From assembly GCA_022813865.1 (NCBI GenBank), contig JALDZX010000002.1, forward strand, positions 620,001 to 684,000: a stretch of 64,000 nucleotides of DNA, in the 5' to 3' direction. Source of the stretch: Xylographa opegraphella. Taxonomy: Eukaryota. The position numbers and the translations under genes are program-made. The notes beneath the pieces were generated by a model. That model was not told the DNA's origin. It was given only the letters and a program-made list of their open reading frames with translations, and made no database searches. Positions 48,284-60,840 of the stretch are shown one piece after another; position 1 is the first letter of the stretch; every line of letters begins with the position of its first letter.

Positions 48284-50511
48284 ATGTCTTCCTTCGCCCC
48301 CTTGGACCCGTTTGTCCATACCAGCAGTAACAAGAAGTGTGTTGCGTATTTCTACGACTCCGATGTTGGAAACTATGCCTACACGGCTGGCCATCCAATG
48401 AAGCCGCACCGGATTCGGCTTGCTCATGGTCTGATTATGAATTACGGCCTGTACAAAAATATGGAAATTTATGTAAGTTAGTTAATTGACTGGCATTTGT
48501 TTATCTGTTATCGTTCATATCACTTTCATTTTGTTTAGATATAACAAGTTATCTTTTCCTATACGCTTGATATTCTTGGTTTACTTTCTTGTCGGCGCTT
48601 CCAAGGATTATTTTTGACGTAAGGTTTCCTGCTCTTAGAGGTCATTGTCGCATGCTTTAGCAGCGACTTCCACCAGAGCCATCAGCATGATAGCGTGTTA
48701 ATCTGAACTTGTGCAGCGCGCGAAGCCCGCCTCCAACCTGGAGATGACTCAATTCCACACAGATGAGTATGTGGATTTCCTCAAGAAAGTTACTCCAGAC
48801 AATATGGATTCCTATGCCAAAGAGCAAGCCAAGTTCAATGTCGGAGATGACTGTCCAGTCTTCGATGGATTATTTGAGTTCTGCGGTATCAGCGCAGGAG
48901 GCAGCATGGAAGGTGCCGCAAGACTAAACCGAGGAAAATGTGATGTCGCCATCAATTGGGCTGGCGGGTTGCATCATGCAAAGAAGAGTGAAGCTAGTGG
49001 GTTCTGCTACATCAATGGTAGGTATTCATCTTCGTTAAGATCGATTCTGCGGCTCATATGACCATATTAGATATCGTCTTGGGTATCCTTGAGCTTCTCC
49101 GTTACAAGCAACGTGTTCTATATATCGATATCGACGTACATCACGGTGATGGGGTCGAAGAAGCCTTTTACACGACAGATCGAGTGATGACAGTCTCATT
49201 CCACAAATATGGGGAATACTTTCCAGGTACCGGCGAGCTTCGTGATATCGGCGTCGGTCAAGGCAAACACTACGCAGTCAATTTCCCACTTCGCGACGGA
49301 ATTGATGACAAATCTTACAAGTCTATCTTCGAGCCTGTTATCAAAAGTGTGATGGAATACTACCGCCCTGAAGCTATCGTTTTACAGTGTGGCGGTGATA
49401 GCTTATCCGGGGACCGTTTAGGCTGCTTCAACCTCAGCATGGCTGGTCACGCCAACTGTGTCAACTTCGTAAAAAGCTTTGATCTTCCTGTACTAGTTCT
49501 GGGTGGCGGTGGGTATACGATGCGAAATGTTGCAAGAACATGGGCGTACGAGACGGGTTTGCTTGTGGGCAAGACGATCGGGCCCGATCTACCTTACAAT
49601 GACTACTACGAGGTAAGTAGTCATTTATGGGAATGGATTCTGAAATAACTACTGACAAATACACTCAGTACTATGCACCTGACTATGAACTTGATGTCCG
49701 CCCTTCGAATATGGACAATGTCAATTCACCTGAGTACCTGGAGAAAATAAAAAATCAGGTTATTGAGAACTTGAAGCGAACCACTTTTGCTCCTTCGGTT
49801 CAAATGACCGACGTGCCTCGTGATCCCGAAGGTATGGATGACGAAGCTGATGCGATTATGGATGACGAGGACGAAGACGAGCACAAGGACCAAAGGATGA
49901 CGAAACGCCGATGGGAAAAGTACGTGGAGAAAGATGGAGAACTGAGTGAGAGCGAAGACGAAGAAGAAAACCTGCGGAATGGCGTCCACAAGCAACCAGG
50001 GACACGGAAACGCAGGAACATGATGGACTACGAAAATCCTAACGCTGTGTCCGAAGATGAGGACAGACTCGGTGGCTCTAACAGAGCTCGAAGTCGTGAC
50101 TCTGATAAAGTCAACGGCCTAGATACGGCAGCTGCAACAAATGGCTCTGGTCTATACGAAAGCAGCTCACCTAGTCCAGCTGCCAGCCAAGTTTCAGCAG
50201 GGCCTGAGGATACTACAATGCAGGACGCCGATGCCGAGATGGCAGATGATGCTGATACTGCACCTGAACATGCAAGTCAGATCGCAGTTGAAGGTCCACA
50301 AGAAGCCACTCCGCCAGACTCACCACCAACCATCACTTTGAACCCGATTAATAACGCACAGACAACTACTGAATCTGAAACACTTACCCAAGACCAGAGT
50401 GTTATAGAGGAGCCAGAAGTAGCACAAGAGAACGGTCTAGCAGAGCGCGAAGAGGATGATATTGCTGGTGAAAAAGCCACGAAGATTGCACAGCGATCCG
50501 AAGAAACTTAA
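48284..50511 (+). CDS. RPD3: Class I histone deacetylase Rpd3/RpdA, 4 exons
   Basis: [86 protein letters not shown]; acidic tail. Confidence 0.98.
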
Positions 50512-51462
50512 TTTCCCGCCTAAATTCACTGCATCTTCATCGTTTAGCGAAGGCGTTCCTAGGACCCAGAATAGGCTGAGCCAGCTGCATTGATACCAAA
50601 TGGCTGTCAATAGGACACGAATCACCACGGCATGGAGGGCATATTGTCTAGCGTCATGGTTTTCATAACTATCGCATCGCTAATATAATGTGTACAGAGC
50701 GCAACAACAACATGCGATGTACGCCTCAAAAATAAGCCAACAGCTTGATGAGTCTAGAAGTTTGGACAAGTGTATCTCTGATTATTTCTTCTATCCTGCT
50801 GTACTTAACTAGAAATGTTGTATCTTTGCAAGAAAGATGATGTAAAATAGAACTTATAACAAATGACCTTGAAAAGAAAGAAATGCAGAAATATTCAGTG
50901 TTAATGTGTTCTCTAATAAAGAAAATACATGCTCTTCTGCAAAATCAGGCAGCCATGTGGGGATTCATATCGTGAAGTCCGTACCGAGCTCTGAGACTGT
51001 TCAATACCAATCACAAATCACTCGTGTTGCCTAGGACAATCAAGCGCCGCATGATGAATAGCCCTTAATTTAAGAATGGCCTTTCTCCCTTTCATACTGC
51101 GGCAGACCTTGACGCGTCATTTGGGAATGCGAACGCTCGCGCTGATAGTGGCGTGATTTCCAGCGAGACAATTCGACCGGCCTTGTTGAGCGTCTTGAAG
51201 ATCTTCACATTATGAGTCCTGTAACATTTCTCGATACCATCCATGTGTGAATCGAGGTAGTCCTTGGTAGTTTGAGCGTACCTGTGGGACTCGAATTAAC
51301 CGCTTTGTGAAGTAGGGTTTCGCTTAGCGTGGGACTTATGCCAAGACTTCACATACTAGCGCCCACTCCAAACCCTCATAGCTGAACATCGACAAAGTGC
51401 CACCACAGTAACGCCGACAGCCAGACAGTTTTGCACGGCTATCCAATCCAAAATCGCTCAAG

Positions 51463-52191
51463 ATGTCTAAGAGAGGGTAATTTATCCGCGAAGACGCAGA
51501 CTTATCTTAGGCTAATTTGTTACGCAGTCGTGGTGGTGCTTCGGGCAACAAGCTCAAGATGACCCTGGGTCTTCCAGTGTACGTCCTGCTCGCCCGAGCC
51601 TGGACCACAATGGGACCAATGTAGCTCAAAGTAGAAGATATTGACGTATGAATGTCTAGAGGCGCGGTCATGAACTGCTGCGACAACTCCGGCGCGCGAA
51701 ATCTCTACATCATCTCCGTCAAAGGCATTGGCGCACGACTCAATCGACTACCAGCTGCAGGTGTTGGAGACATGGTCATGGCTACAGTCAAGAAAGGGAA
51801 GCCAGAATTGAGAAAGAAGGTCATGCCAGCTGTGGTTGTCAGGCAAAGCAAACCGTGGAGGAGGTCAGATGGTGTTTACCTATATTTCGAGGATAACGCT
51901 GGTGTGGTAAGTCTCGGGTCGTTGATATCATTCGCTACTCTACTGCGACACAAGTTCATCATGATGGGCAGATTTTGAGGAACAGAAAACTCAAAAGAGT
52001 CGTGACTGATTGTTCATCATACAGATCGTCAATCCAAAAGGAGAAATGAAGGGCTCGGCTATCACAGGACCGGTTGGGAAGGAGGCTGCAGAGTTATGGC
52101 CAGTACGTTCTGAATCTAGAGCTCCAATACTCTTTGGATATATTCTAACAGTGTTCAGCGTATCGCGAGTAACTCCGGTGTTGTTATGTAA
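51463..52191 (+). CDS. RPL23: 60S ribosomal protein L23 (uL14), 5 exons
   Basis: [21 protein letters not shown]|..[61 protein letters not shown]. Confidence 0.97.
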
Positions 52192-52632
52192 TGAATGCTG
52201 TTTTCCTAGCTTTCTCAGTTGATATACCTCGATTGAGATGGAGCCTCTTAGAGGTCGAGCTGATTAGATTGCAAAAATGAAAACCTATCATCTCACCACT
52301 TCTCATGTAGGGGCCCAGAGAAACAAAGTAGAAAGCGCCGATTCGGGCAACAACGAAATGATTTGTTAAACCACGCATTTCCTCCGCCAGCCAGTTTTCT
52401 TCAAGCGTGGTATTCTGGCTGGAAGACTTCTTATCTTCAAAAACCCCATCAAACCACCATAACGAGGAATGCTACGAGTAGTAAGTGGTAGAGTTCTCCA
52501 TATTGAGTACTTAGCGTAGAACAGCTTAGCGTTGATGAGCAGACACGTCGTCGCATCGCTACTAGCTAGTCGACTTCTACAATTCTCTGCACGTCGCTAT
52601 CGCGTTATACTTTTCTGTATGCTTAGTGCTTC

Positions 52633-54294
52633 ATGTTGATCTTGCACGGATTGCAATATATCCTTTGGACCGCATCAGTAATTTCAGTAGCATATCTGTA
52701 TCTTTACCCTTGGGTTCTTGCGTGTGGTTTCCCAACGCGAGATGGATCGTTCGACCCTTCCGTATCCATCTGGGGATTACTATCAACGCAGACAGGCGGT
52801 GAAGACAAAGGGGCATATACACGAGCTCCATTCCGACTTCTCGCTCTTGGTGATCCGCAGCTAGAAGGCGACACCTCATTACCAGACACAGCCGATGGGT
52901 ATTTTCCTACTCTCTGGAAGCTACCCTCAGATCTCCTTCATGCACGAGACTTTGCTGAGGGCTTAGCAACCCTTCGAAACGCGTCTTACGAGATTGTGAC
53001 ACGAGAACTACCTGCAAAGTTTCAAGGTTTGAGGAAACAGGTGGACCTCTTCGGCAATGATTATTACCTCGCACACATTTACCGGACACTACATTTATTC
53101 ACAGAGCCGACTCATGTGACAGTGCTAGGAGATCTGCTGGGCAGTCAATGGATCGATGATGAGGAGTTTGAGCGCAGAGGATGGCGGTTTTGGCATCGAG
53201 TATTCCGTAATGGTCAAAAAGTGGGAGCAGAGGTAACAAATGAGCATACACTAGAGATTCTGGGAAAGGAGGAGGATTGGAATCAAAGGATCATCAATGT
53301 CGTTGGAAATCATGATGTTGGCTATGCTGGAGATATGACAGTTGAACGAATTGAGAGGTTTGAAAGGCTATTTGGAAGGGCAAATTGGGAAGTAACATTT
53401 CGTCTGGCGCCCTCATCACCTGTGAACGAAACCGAGACTGAGTTCGATCCAATACTTCGACTCGTTATCCTAAATTCGATGAATCTAGACACTCCAGCAA
53501 AGGATCAGGACCTCCAAGCTCAAACCTATAGGGAGATGAATGAGGTGATTGCTCGTTCGCGTCCTGTGGAGGACCATACATCAGGCACCATACTGCTCAC
53601 ACATATCCCTCTCCACAAGGAGGCAGGTGTCTGTGTCGACAGCCCCTTCTTCGACTTTCACAGCGATGAGGATGGCGGAGGCCTGAAAGAGCAGAACCAT
53701 ATCAGCTATGACGCTGGAAAAAGCATTCTTGAAGGACTATATGGTATGAGCGGAAATCCGAACGCTCCTGGAAGAGGTATGGGTCGGAATGGCATCATCC
53801 TGACAGGGCATGATCATGAGGGATGCGACGTCTACCATCATCTACCAGCAAATGATGACATGAACGCCCGTCGGTGGAATGCCACGAAGTGGGAAGATTC
53901 TAAGAGTCTGCTCGATGAGCCCATACCTGGAATTCGGGAAATCACAGTACGCAGCATGATGGGCGATTTTGGCGGTAATGCAGGGCTGCTAAGTGCTTGG
54001 TTCGACTACGACGCCGGAGAGTGGCGGTTTGCTTATAGCACATGTTCGATAGGTGTACAACATATATGGTGGGCGGTTCATGTTCTGGTATTGGTTACTA
54101 TGGGATTCTCTGCATTTGCGTACTTCTCTGTTGGATTGGATACCCCACAAGCATTGCATGGAGGAGCGGAGCATCGACATGTTGGGAATATGATCAAAGA
54201 GGAGGCTAAAGGGGAAGCTTCAGTAGCAACTTCTGGGTCTGATAGACTCAAGCACGGTTCTCGTAATACGAGTCTGAAGCAGCGGTCGAACTGA
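52633..54294 (+). CDS. TED1: Ted1-like metallophosphoesterase (GPI-anchor remodelling, PGAP5/MPPE1 family), intronless
   Basis: N- and C-terminal TM helices; LGDPQLEG, DLFGNDYYLAHIY, LGDLLGSQWI, GNHDVGY, LTHIPLHK, LTGHDHEGC, EITVRSMMG. Confidence 0.88.
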   Translation: MLILHGLQYILWTASVISVAYLYLYPWVLACGFPTRDGSFDPSVSIWGLLSTQTGGEDKGAYTRAPFRLLALGDPQLEGDTSLPDTADGYFPTLWKLPSDLLHARDFAEGLATLRNASYEIVTRELPAKFQGLRKQVDLFGNDYYLAHIYRTLHLFTEPTHVTVLGDLLGSQWIDDEEFERRGWRFWHRVFRNGQKVGAEVTNEHTLEILGKEEDWNQRIINVVGNHDVGYAGDMTVERIERFERLFGRANWEVTFRLAPSSPVNETETEFDPILRLVILNSMNLDTPAKDQDLQAQTYREMNEVIARSRPVEDHTSGTILLTHIPLHKEAGVCVDSPFFDFHSDEDGGGLKEQNHISYDAGKSILEGLYGMSGNPNAPGRGMGRNGIILTGHDHEGCDVYHHLPANDDMNARRWNATKWEDSKSLLDEPIPGIREITVRSMMGDFGGNAGLLSAWFDYDAGEWRFAYSTCSIGVQHIWWAVHVLVLVTMGFSAFAYFSVGLDTPQALHGGAEHRHVGNMIKEEAKGEASVATSGSDRLKHGSRNTSLKQRSN

Positions 54295-55254
54295 ATCCCA
54301 GGCCGTCTTTTGTCTTATTATTTGTATGGGCTCAGTTTAAGCACTTTCATGTTCAGAGAACTCTTCCGTCTAACGTTCCTATGCTGTGCATGATTTGGGC
54401 TTCCAATATCCTACACAGCCCACTTCAAGCAAGACTCCAGGATTGTCTGTACAGCAGTCTTCCCCGATCATCTGAAATAGTGAATGCCTCTACATATACT
54501 TCTTAGGGCGAATATGCTGATTCCAGTACTGGTTCCACAAAAAGACTTGCTGCTCCACACCTCCCGTGTTTGCTGACCATCCCAGTTCCGCGAAATCCTT
54601 TGGACTATATGGTATGTTCCAAGAATAATGTTTCCGAAGCAATAGCAGACTGCACAGTCGCCGCTCTAAGACGGGGGCTTTGCTTCGGCGACTAGGACTA
54701 GTGTTCCGTTCCGGTGCGGCTGCGTTGGCACTAGCTGTATGTACGCAATAGCACTCGCAATCAATTACGCAAGCAGCTGCTGAGCAACAACCAAAGGCAC
54801 TTCGTTGGAGTACGATCGGAGTCAGCTCGCCGTACATGGGAGGTCCCCTGACGGTGGACTATCTGTAATCTGTACCTCTCCTTCGGCACCGGAGCGGACA
54901 TATCGGTGTTACTGATGGCCGAACGCGACCTCTTAACTCATCTTACACAAGCCATCCGTCACAATTGAGGGCACTAATAAGATTGATCAGGAACGTTCAA
55001 TTATTGGAATGTGTCTAGAGATTCTGATCTCTAACCACCTGGGGTTCCGCCATTGTGACACAATCAGATATATCGGATTGACCGACTTAGAGGTTGATCT
55101 GGACAGATCTGCTTCCAATTTCGGTCTCCGATCAATAAAAGGTTTCCATTTGAATAGGCAACGCTTCTGCTTGCTCCTCCTCTGTGCTGCGTAATACACA
55201 ACACTGCATGGAAGCAAAAGGGCTCCGTGAGGAGTTCTTGCGTGAGAGGGCGTC

Positions 55255-55848
55255 ATGTCAGCGTTATACTATACCACACTACAGAGCGTTAGAGTATTGC
55301 AAGCAGTGCAAGTCACTTTTACCATGACGCTGGCGTTTATGTCCCGTATGCTTTCTACAGCAGTGTTGTCGTGAACACGGCTAACTGGTTAAGGGATTGC
55401 CTTCTGCCTATCTCTGTGGGTGATCCCAGTCATCCTCCTCGCTTCATCATCCGCCAGCGCTGTACTACAATACCGGGAGATGATAGACCGTGGAGCGCGC
55501 TATCTGCAGCCGTGCAGCAGGGCACTTGCCCTCGGCTTCTTCTCCTTGACCTGGCTCATAGCACGACATCCTGACCCTGGCATCAGCATGGTGTGGAGGT
55601 ATTATGCCGCCAGCGGAGGGCTCCTCGTTTTTGTGGCTCCGTGGGAGACTTTTATGGTCTTTCCTATCAATGACCGCATAAAGGAGATTGGGGCACAACT
55701 TGAGAAGTCGGGTGACACGGAGGGCAACGCGGCGACGAAGACGGAGCTCGAGCACTTGTTGAGGAAGTGGCGGAAAATGCATGCAGGACGTATTGTTTTG
55801 CTACTGTTGGCGACATTTACTAGTTCCATAGCCATCGTATATCCCTGA
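55255..55848 (+). CDS. DUF1772 / anthrone-oxygenase-like small membrane protein; intron 55346-55393
   Basis: Spliced ORF MSALYYTT...AFMSR|IAFCLSLWVIPV; several hydrophobic helices; PWETFMVFPINDRI and LLRKWRKMHAGRIVL motifs. Confidence 0.72.
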
Positions 55849-56028
55849 GCTGAATGCACCCATCACTTCTTTCAGCATTAATAGTCCTGTATGGACAACC
55901 GGAAGGCCATGCACCCACTCGCTATACGAAAAATCGAAACAGAATGTTCTCTGGCGATCAGGAGGCACTCGCCGTTCCTTTTATACTGCAATATTAGTAT
56001 GATGCTTACTGCGTATCTACTCTGCACA

Positions 56029-56111
56029 AGCACGCCAAGCTTTCTAGCACGCCAAGCTTTCTAAACCGCCGTCAAGACACTGTCGCTCGGCGAATGGAGT
56101 TACGCCTTGGC
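56029..56111. promoter_or_regulatory. Exact 17-bp tandem duplication plus an inverted site, giving three GCCAAG (PacC-type GCCARG) motifs upstream of the AKR gene
   Basis: AGCACGCCAAGCTTTCT x2 (56029-56062) and CTTGGC at 56106-56111. Confidence 0.55.
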
Positions 56112-56252
56112 GTTAAAGATAATAAACACTAATACCTGATACTGAAAGTTACCGTGGTAAGAAAAACGTAATTTACAGGATGCCACCTGAGGCATATTCT
56201 TCCATATATATCCACCTATGCCCACCAGACCCATATATCTTTTGTGCTGGCT

Positions 56253-57542
56253 ATGAATTCTTTCTTGCGGCTCAATCAACTATCCAAACATCTCTTCGTA
56301 CAGAAACGTTTCAGCACCAATATGGCAAAATTCGACATCAATACCAAGTACAAGATGCTTAGTGGGTACGAGATCCCGGTTTTGGGGTTTGGGGTATGTA
56401 TTCATTCTCCTTCTTATCTCGTTTGATCCCTTTGGCGACCTGTAGCAACCGAATAGTGTTTTCGTGTTCGTTGATCTATTCATATAGCTGGATGCTGACC
56501 ACGAAGCGTAGGTATATCAAACGTAAATCAATCAAATGATGCGATAGTGGAACTCCGCATCTTACTGCCTCCTAGGCCTGCAAACGTCACAGAGGATGTC
56601 GTTCTCCACGCCTTCAAAGCCGGATATCGACATGTATGAAGCTTTCGTTATGTCTACTGCAACCCAACACTAAGACATTCGGTCTAGGTTGACTCTGCTC
56701 GCGCTTATCGCAACGAAGCACCCTGCGCCGAGGCGATGAAGAAATCTGGGCTTCCTCGGTCTTCGATTTTCTTCACGTCCAAAGTACCCCCGGGGGCTAT
56801 GGGCTATGATGCTACGAAATCGGAGATCGAGTCGACGTTCAAGGAAACAGGGCTAGACTACGTCGATCTGTGAGTTAAGCTTGCTTACTGTGCTTGAGTC
56901 CGGGTTCATGTGTACAGGCGCTGAGGCGAACCAGATATCTCATCCATGCTCCCTTTGGTGGCAAGGAAGCCAGAAACGGCAGTTGGCGCGCTCTCGTCGA
57001 AGCTCAAAAGGCCGGTCAGATCCGCTCGATTGGCGTATCTAACTACGGGGTGCATCACCTCGACGAGTTGGAAGCGTATATCACTGAGCTAGAGAGCAAA
57101 AATGGTAAAGGTAGCGGCGGTGAAATCAGTGTAGGGCAGTGGGAAGTTCATCCCTGGCTTGAACGGAAGGATATTGTAGGCTGGTGTCAGAAGCGGGGAG
57201 TGGTCGTTCAGGCCTACTGCCCCATTGTAAGAGGCCAACGTTTCGAGGAGCCGGTGTTGCAACCAATGGTGAAGAAATACGGGAAGACCCCGGCGCAGGT
57301 CCTGATCCGGTGGAGTCTGCAGAAGGTGAGCGGTTCATGAAATATTGCGACTGTGAGTAGTTGAAGCAAGATATGCTAACCAATGCTAGGGCTTGGTACC
57401 TCTGCCTAAGTCGGTCACTCATTCCAGAATCGACGAGAACGCCGATGTGTATGATTTTGAATTGAGTGGGGAGGAGATGAAGACACTCGAAACGGGCGAA
57501 TATGCGCCCTGCGCGTGGGATCCGACCACGAGTACCGACTGA
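56253..57542 (+). CDS. Aldo-keto reductase (2,5-DKG reductase-like), 6 exons including an 11-nt micro-exon (56512-56522); alternative start at 56322
   Basis: IPVLGFG|VYQT|P..AGYRH|VDSARAYRNE, IFFTSK, DYVDL|YLIHAP, RSIGVSNY, PLPKS, RIDENADVYDFEL; catalytic D-Y-K-H tetrad present. Confidence 0.93.
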
Positions 57543-59597
57543 GTTCTTGACTGTCATGTTTCTCAACGTTTAGGGCTCGAAATATGCGGGAGGTAATAGT
57601 TTGTATGAGCGATGATCTCATCTCCGTGTATAAAAGGCAACATCGTCTTGGTAGGTCATATTCATTATAACGGTATCGAGTTGGTCTTTTTGCCGCGTAG
57701 AATATGAAAGGACCGCAGTAGTATATTATATTTCAATTCAAAAACAGCCACACAAAACATAACGAGGTATTGCAAATATCTAGCTCGACGAGTCATGTCC
57801 AAGGCGTGGTAGACGCATCTCTGTCCCAGCCCGTATTATCCCGAGAGTTGAACAATCGCAGGCTATGCTCGTAACCGGAGGACCACAAGTCAAGGACGAT
57901 GGCTATCGACTGATTGCACTATTACCCAGGGTTGCGTCTGAACAAAGGCTCCGAGCGGAGGAGTGTAGTATTGACGGGTGACAGCGCCATGACTTCCAGG
58001 AAAGCCAGGAAAGCCAGTGTGCAGCCGCGTAAGTCGATATTGTAATTTCCTACCATCACCTCAAAGAGTGTATCACATTCCACAATGGCGACCGTCAAGT
58101 ACCATATTGGTCTCGCATACACGGATTTGTGACCCCATCATGGCCTAGGAATCAAGTCACTTTCAACAAGCAACCTCAAGTATTCGCCGGCACATTCCCA
58201 TATATTAGTATCAGGGTTTCTGGCCATTTAAATATCAATATCAAAGTCAAAGGCGCTGTTCCAAGCCTTGAGAACTAGTCCTTAATGTATTGTTTAGAAA
58301 TACGGACGACAGATGACTGGTAGCTAAGGAAATCTTGAACTCGAGCACTGTTGTAAGATTCTGGGGACTTTGATGAAACACCTGATCATGCTATGGGACG
58401 CGACGGTTTTCGTTGCGCTGTGAATCCTTGGAAAATTGTTCAAATACCTACAGAATCTCTTCGGACAAGCTTCCTCATCGTGAGATTGAAACTCAAGACA
58501 TGACTCAGATATCAATTTTGATCAGATTTGACTTCAGATTTGACTTCTCTGAAGGAATTTTTATCGCTGAGCGTGGTGCTTTTAGTGATCTCTTTGACCA
58601 TTCCATCGGTCGCTCATGAGTATTCCTATGAGGGACAAAGTGATATGAAAGAAATAGATTTTGCTAGGGAGACAGCCCGAATACTCGATAGCCATTGCTG
58701 AGGAGAGGGCAGCCTGGCTGACCCAGCAACCTGAAGGTGGTCTCCTGAGCGTAGTCCTGACATTTCAGCTCGTCAATAGACAAATACTACCAAGAGTAGA
58801 TATAGATAACTTGCAATGGGACAATTTCCATGACTTTTAGTTCGAACCCTAGACTACGTGTAGCACACACGGTGTATTCTAGTGACAGCGCTATGTATTA
58901 AGAATTTGAACAATAATAACAATAATGACAGAACGCGGATAACTCCGTATTACTCACAAGTATGAGGATAGTCCATCGGCATACCTGTAGCGAAGCTGCG
59001 GCAGCTTGCTGAACGTGAGCATCGATGTCTATTTCTCGTTCTTTTCTTGATGACAGAGCGTTTCAGCAATGCATCCTCATATACGAAGACTGGATTTGGA
59101 AGAGACGGCTGTTATGGCATTGCTCCCTGCCTTGAAGGTAAAAACTATGTCGGCATCCGAGACAAATGCATATTTGGAGTAGTGGGAAGAATCGAGACGC
59201 GTTGAGTACTTCCAGCCACTGTGAGCTCTGAAATGTTGTTATATAGACGTAACTCCCTGCCTCATGTGGCGTGGACGACATGTGGAGTACAATATGCAGC
59301 CACGTTGGTGACCGCACGGCGCTGTGGACGCCGAGCCCCTCAATATATTTCTCGAGTACTCATACTATATAAGCTGTACAGTAGAAGCTCAATGCTCCAT
59401 CAGATGAGCATGCGTCAAAAGAGCTAGGCGATGGTTTGCTTTAGAGAAATAGAAGACTGCTACCATGACGTGGATGGAAACTACGCTGGCCCTAAGATGT
59501 ACCTCAACCAACACTCTGTACTCCGCCGTGCGTAACATGCCAAATTCCTCAAACATTTGATTGAGCCTTCGCGGATACTATTCCCTCCTACCTCACA

Positions 59598-60840
59598 ATG
59601 CACCTCATCAAGCAGCACGTCGAGCGTGACGGTTCGGGGACCGTCACCCTCAAGCCCGAAGACCCAGAAGACATGGTAAACCCGCTCCCTCCTTCTCTCT
59701 CCCTCACTGATACCCTCAAAGTGGTACGCCTACAATCTGATCCAACCCACCGACCTCCTCAAAGCCCAAGCCCTCCGCCGCGTCACAACCACCTCCGCCA
59801 CCGGCTCCACCTCCTCCACACGCATGCACATCACGCTCCTCATCCGCGTGCGGAGCACCGACTTCGACCCGCAAGCCTCCACCCTCCACGTCAGCGGACA
59901 GATCGCAGCCGAGACGCCGCACGCGAAGATCGGGCAGTTCCACACCCTCGACCTCGAGCTGCAGCGGAACTTCACGCTCGAGAAGGCCGAGGGCTGGGAC
60001 AGTGTCGCGCGGGAGGTGGTCAAGGAGGCGTGCGAGAGTGGCAGCAAGCGTATGGGCGCGTGGGCCGTGGTCATGCAGGAGGGCGAGGCGGCGATCGTCG
60101 GGCTGGGTGGCGAGCGGACTGTTGTTCGCGCGAGGGTCAAGGTCGACGTGCCGCGGAAAAAGGGCGGGCGTGGGCACGACAAGGGGCTGGAGAAGTTCTT
60201 CCAGACGCTGCTGGACACGTTGCTGCGGCATATCGATCTTGCGGAAGCGTTGCCGGTGCTGCTTGCCAGCCCGGGCTATACTGCAGGCATGTTTCAAAAA
60301 TTTATTCTGGAAACGGCTACGCGGACGGGCAATAAGGCGTTGTTGGCGCAGAAGGGGAGTTTTCTGGTGGTACATTCGAGTTCGGGAAACGTACATGCGC
60401 TGAATGAGGTGCTGCAGTCGCCAGAGGTGCAGGCGAGGTTGAAGGATACAAGATATACGAGGGAGACGAAGCTTATGGATGATTTCATGACGCTGTTGAG
60501 GAAAGATGACGGGAGGGCATGGTATGGGCCGAAGGAGGTGGAGATGGCAGTGGATAAGGGAGCGGTGGGAAGGGGAGGAGGTGTGCTACTTATCTCGAAC
60601 GGGCTATTTCGAGCTCAGGACGTTGCGATACGAAAGAGGTGGGTCCAGCTGGTGGATAAGGTGAAAGATGATGAAGGAGGCGAGGTGAGGGTCTTGAGTA
60701 GTGAGCATGAGAGTGGGAAGAGACTGGAAGGTCTAGGTGGTATTGCTGCTATTCTGACATTTCCCTTGGGCGATCTTGACGACGACTCTGAGGATGAAGA
60801 GACAACACCAAATGTTGCAACCAATGGAGAAATAGTCTGA
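59598..60840 (+). CDS. DOM34: Dom34/Pelota ribosome-rescue factor (eRF1 family); intron 59676-59721
   Basis: MHLIKQHVERDGSGTVTLKPEDPEDM|WYAYNLI, GQFHTLDLEL, AVVMQEG, LLASPG, RAWYG, LSSEHESGKRLEGLGGIAAILTFPL. Confidence 0.97.

Noticed and set aside
48473..48716. Long first RPD3 intron with internal AG and GTAAGG as a possible poison exon
   Set aside because: No convincing branch point before the internal acceptor; cannot be supported without transcript data.
59716..60396. Long antisense or alternate-frame ORFs over DOM34, GNAT, RPS21 and the MFS gene
   Set aside because: Shadow ORFs expected from GC-rich codon bias; no independent domain features.
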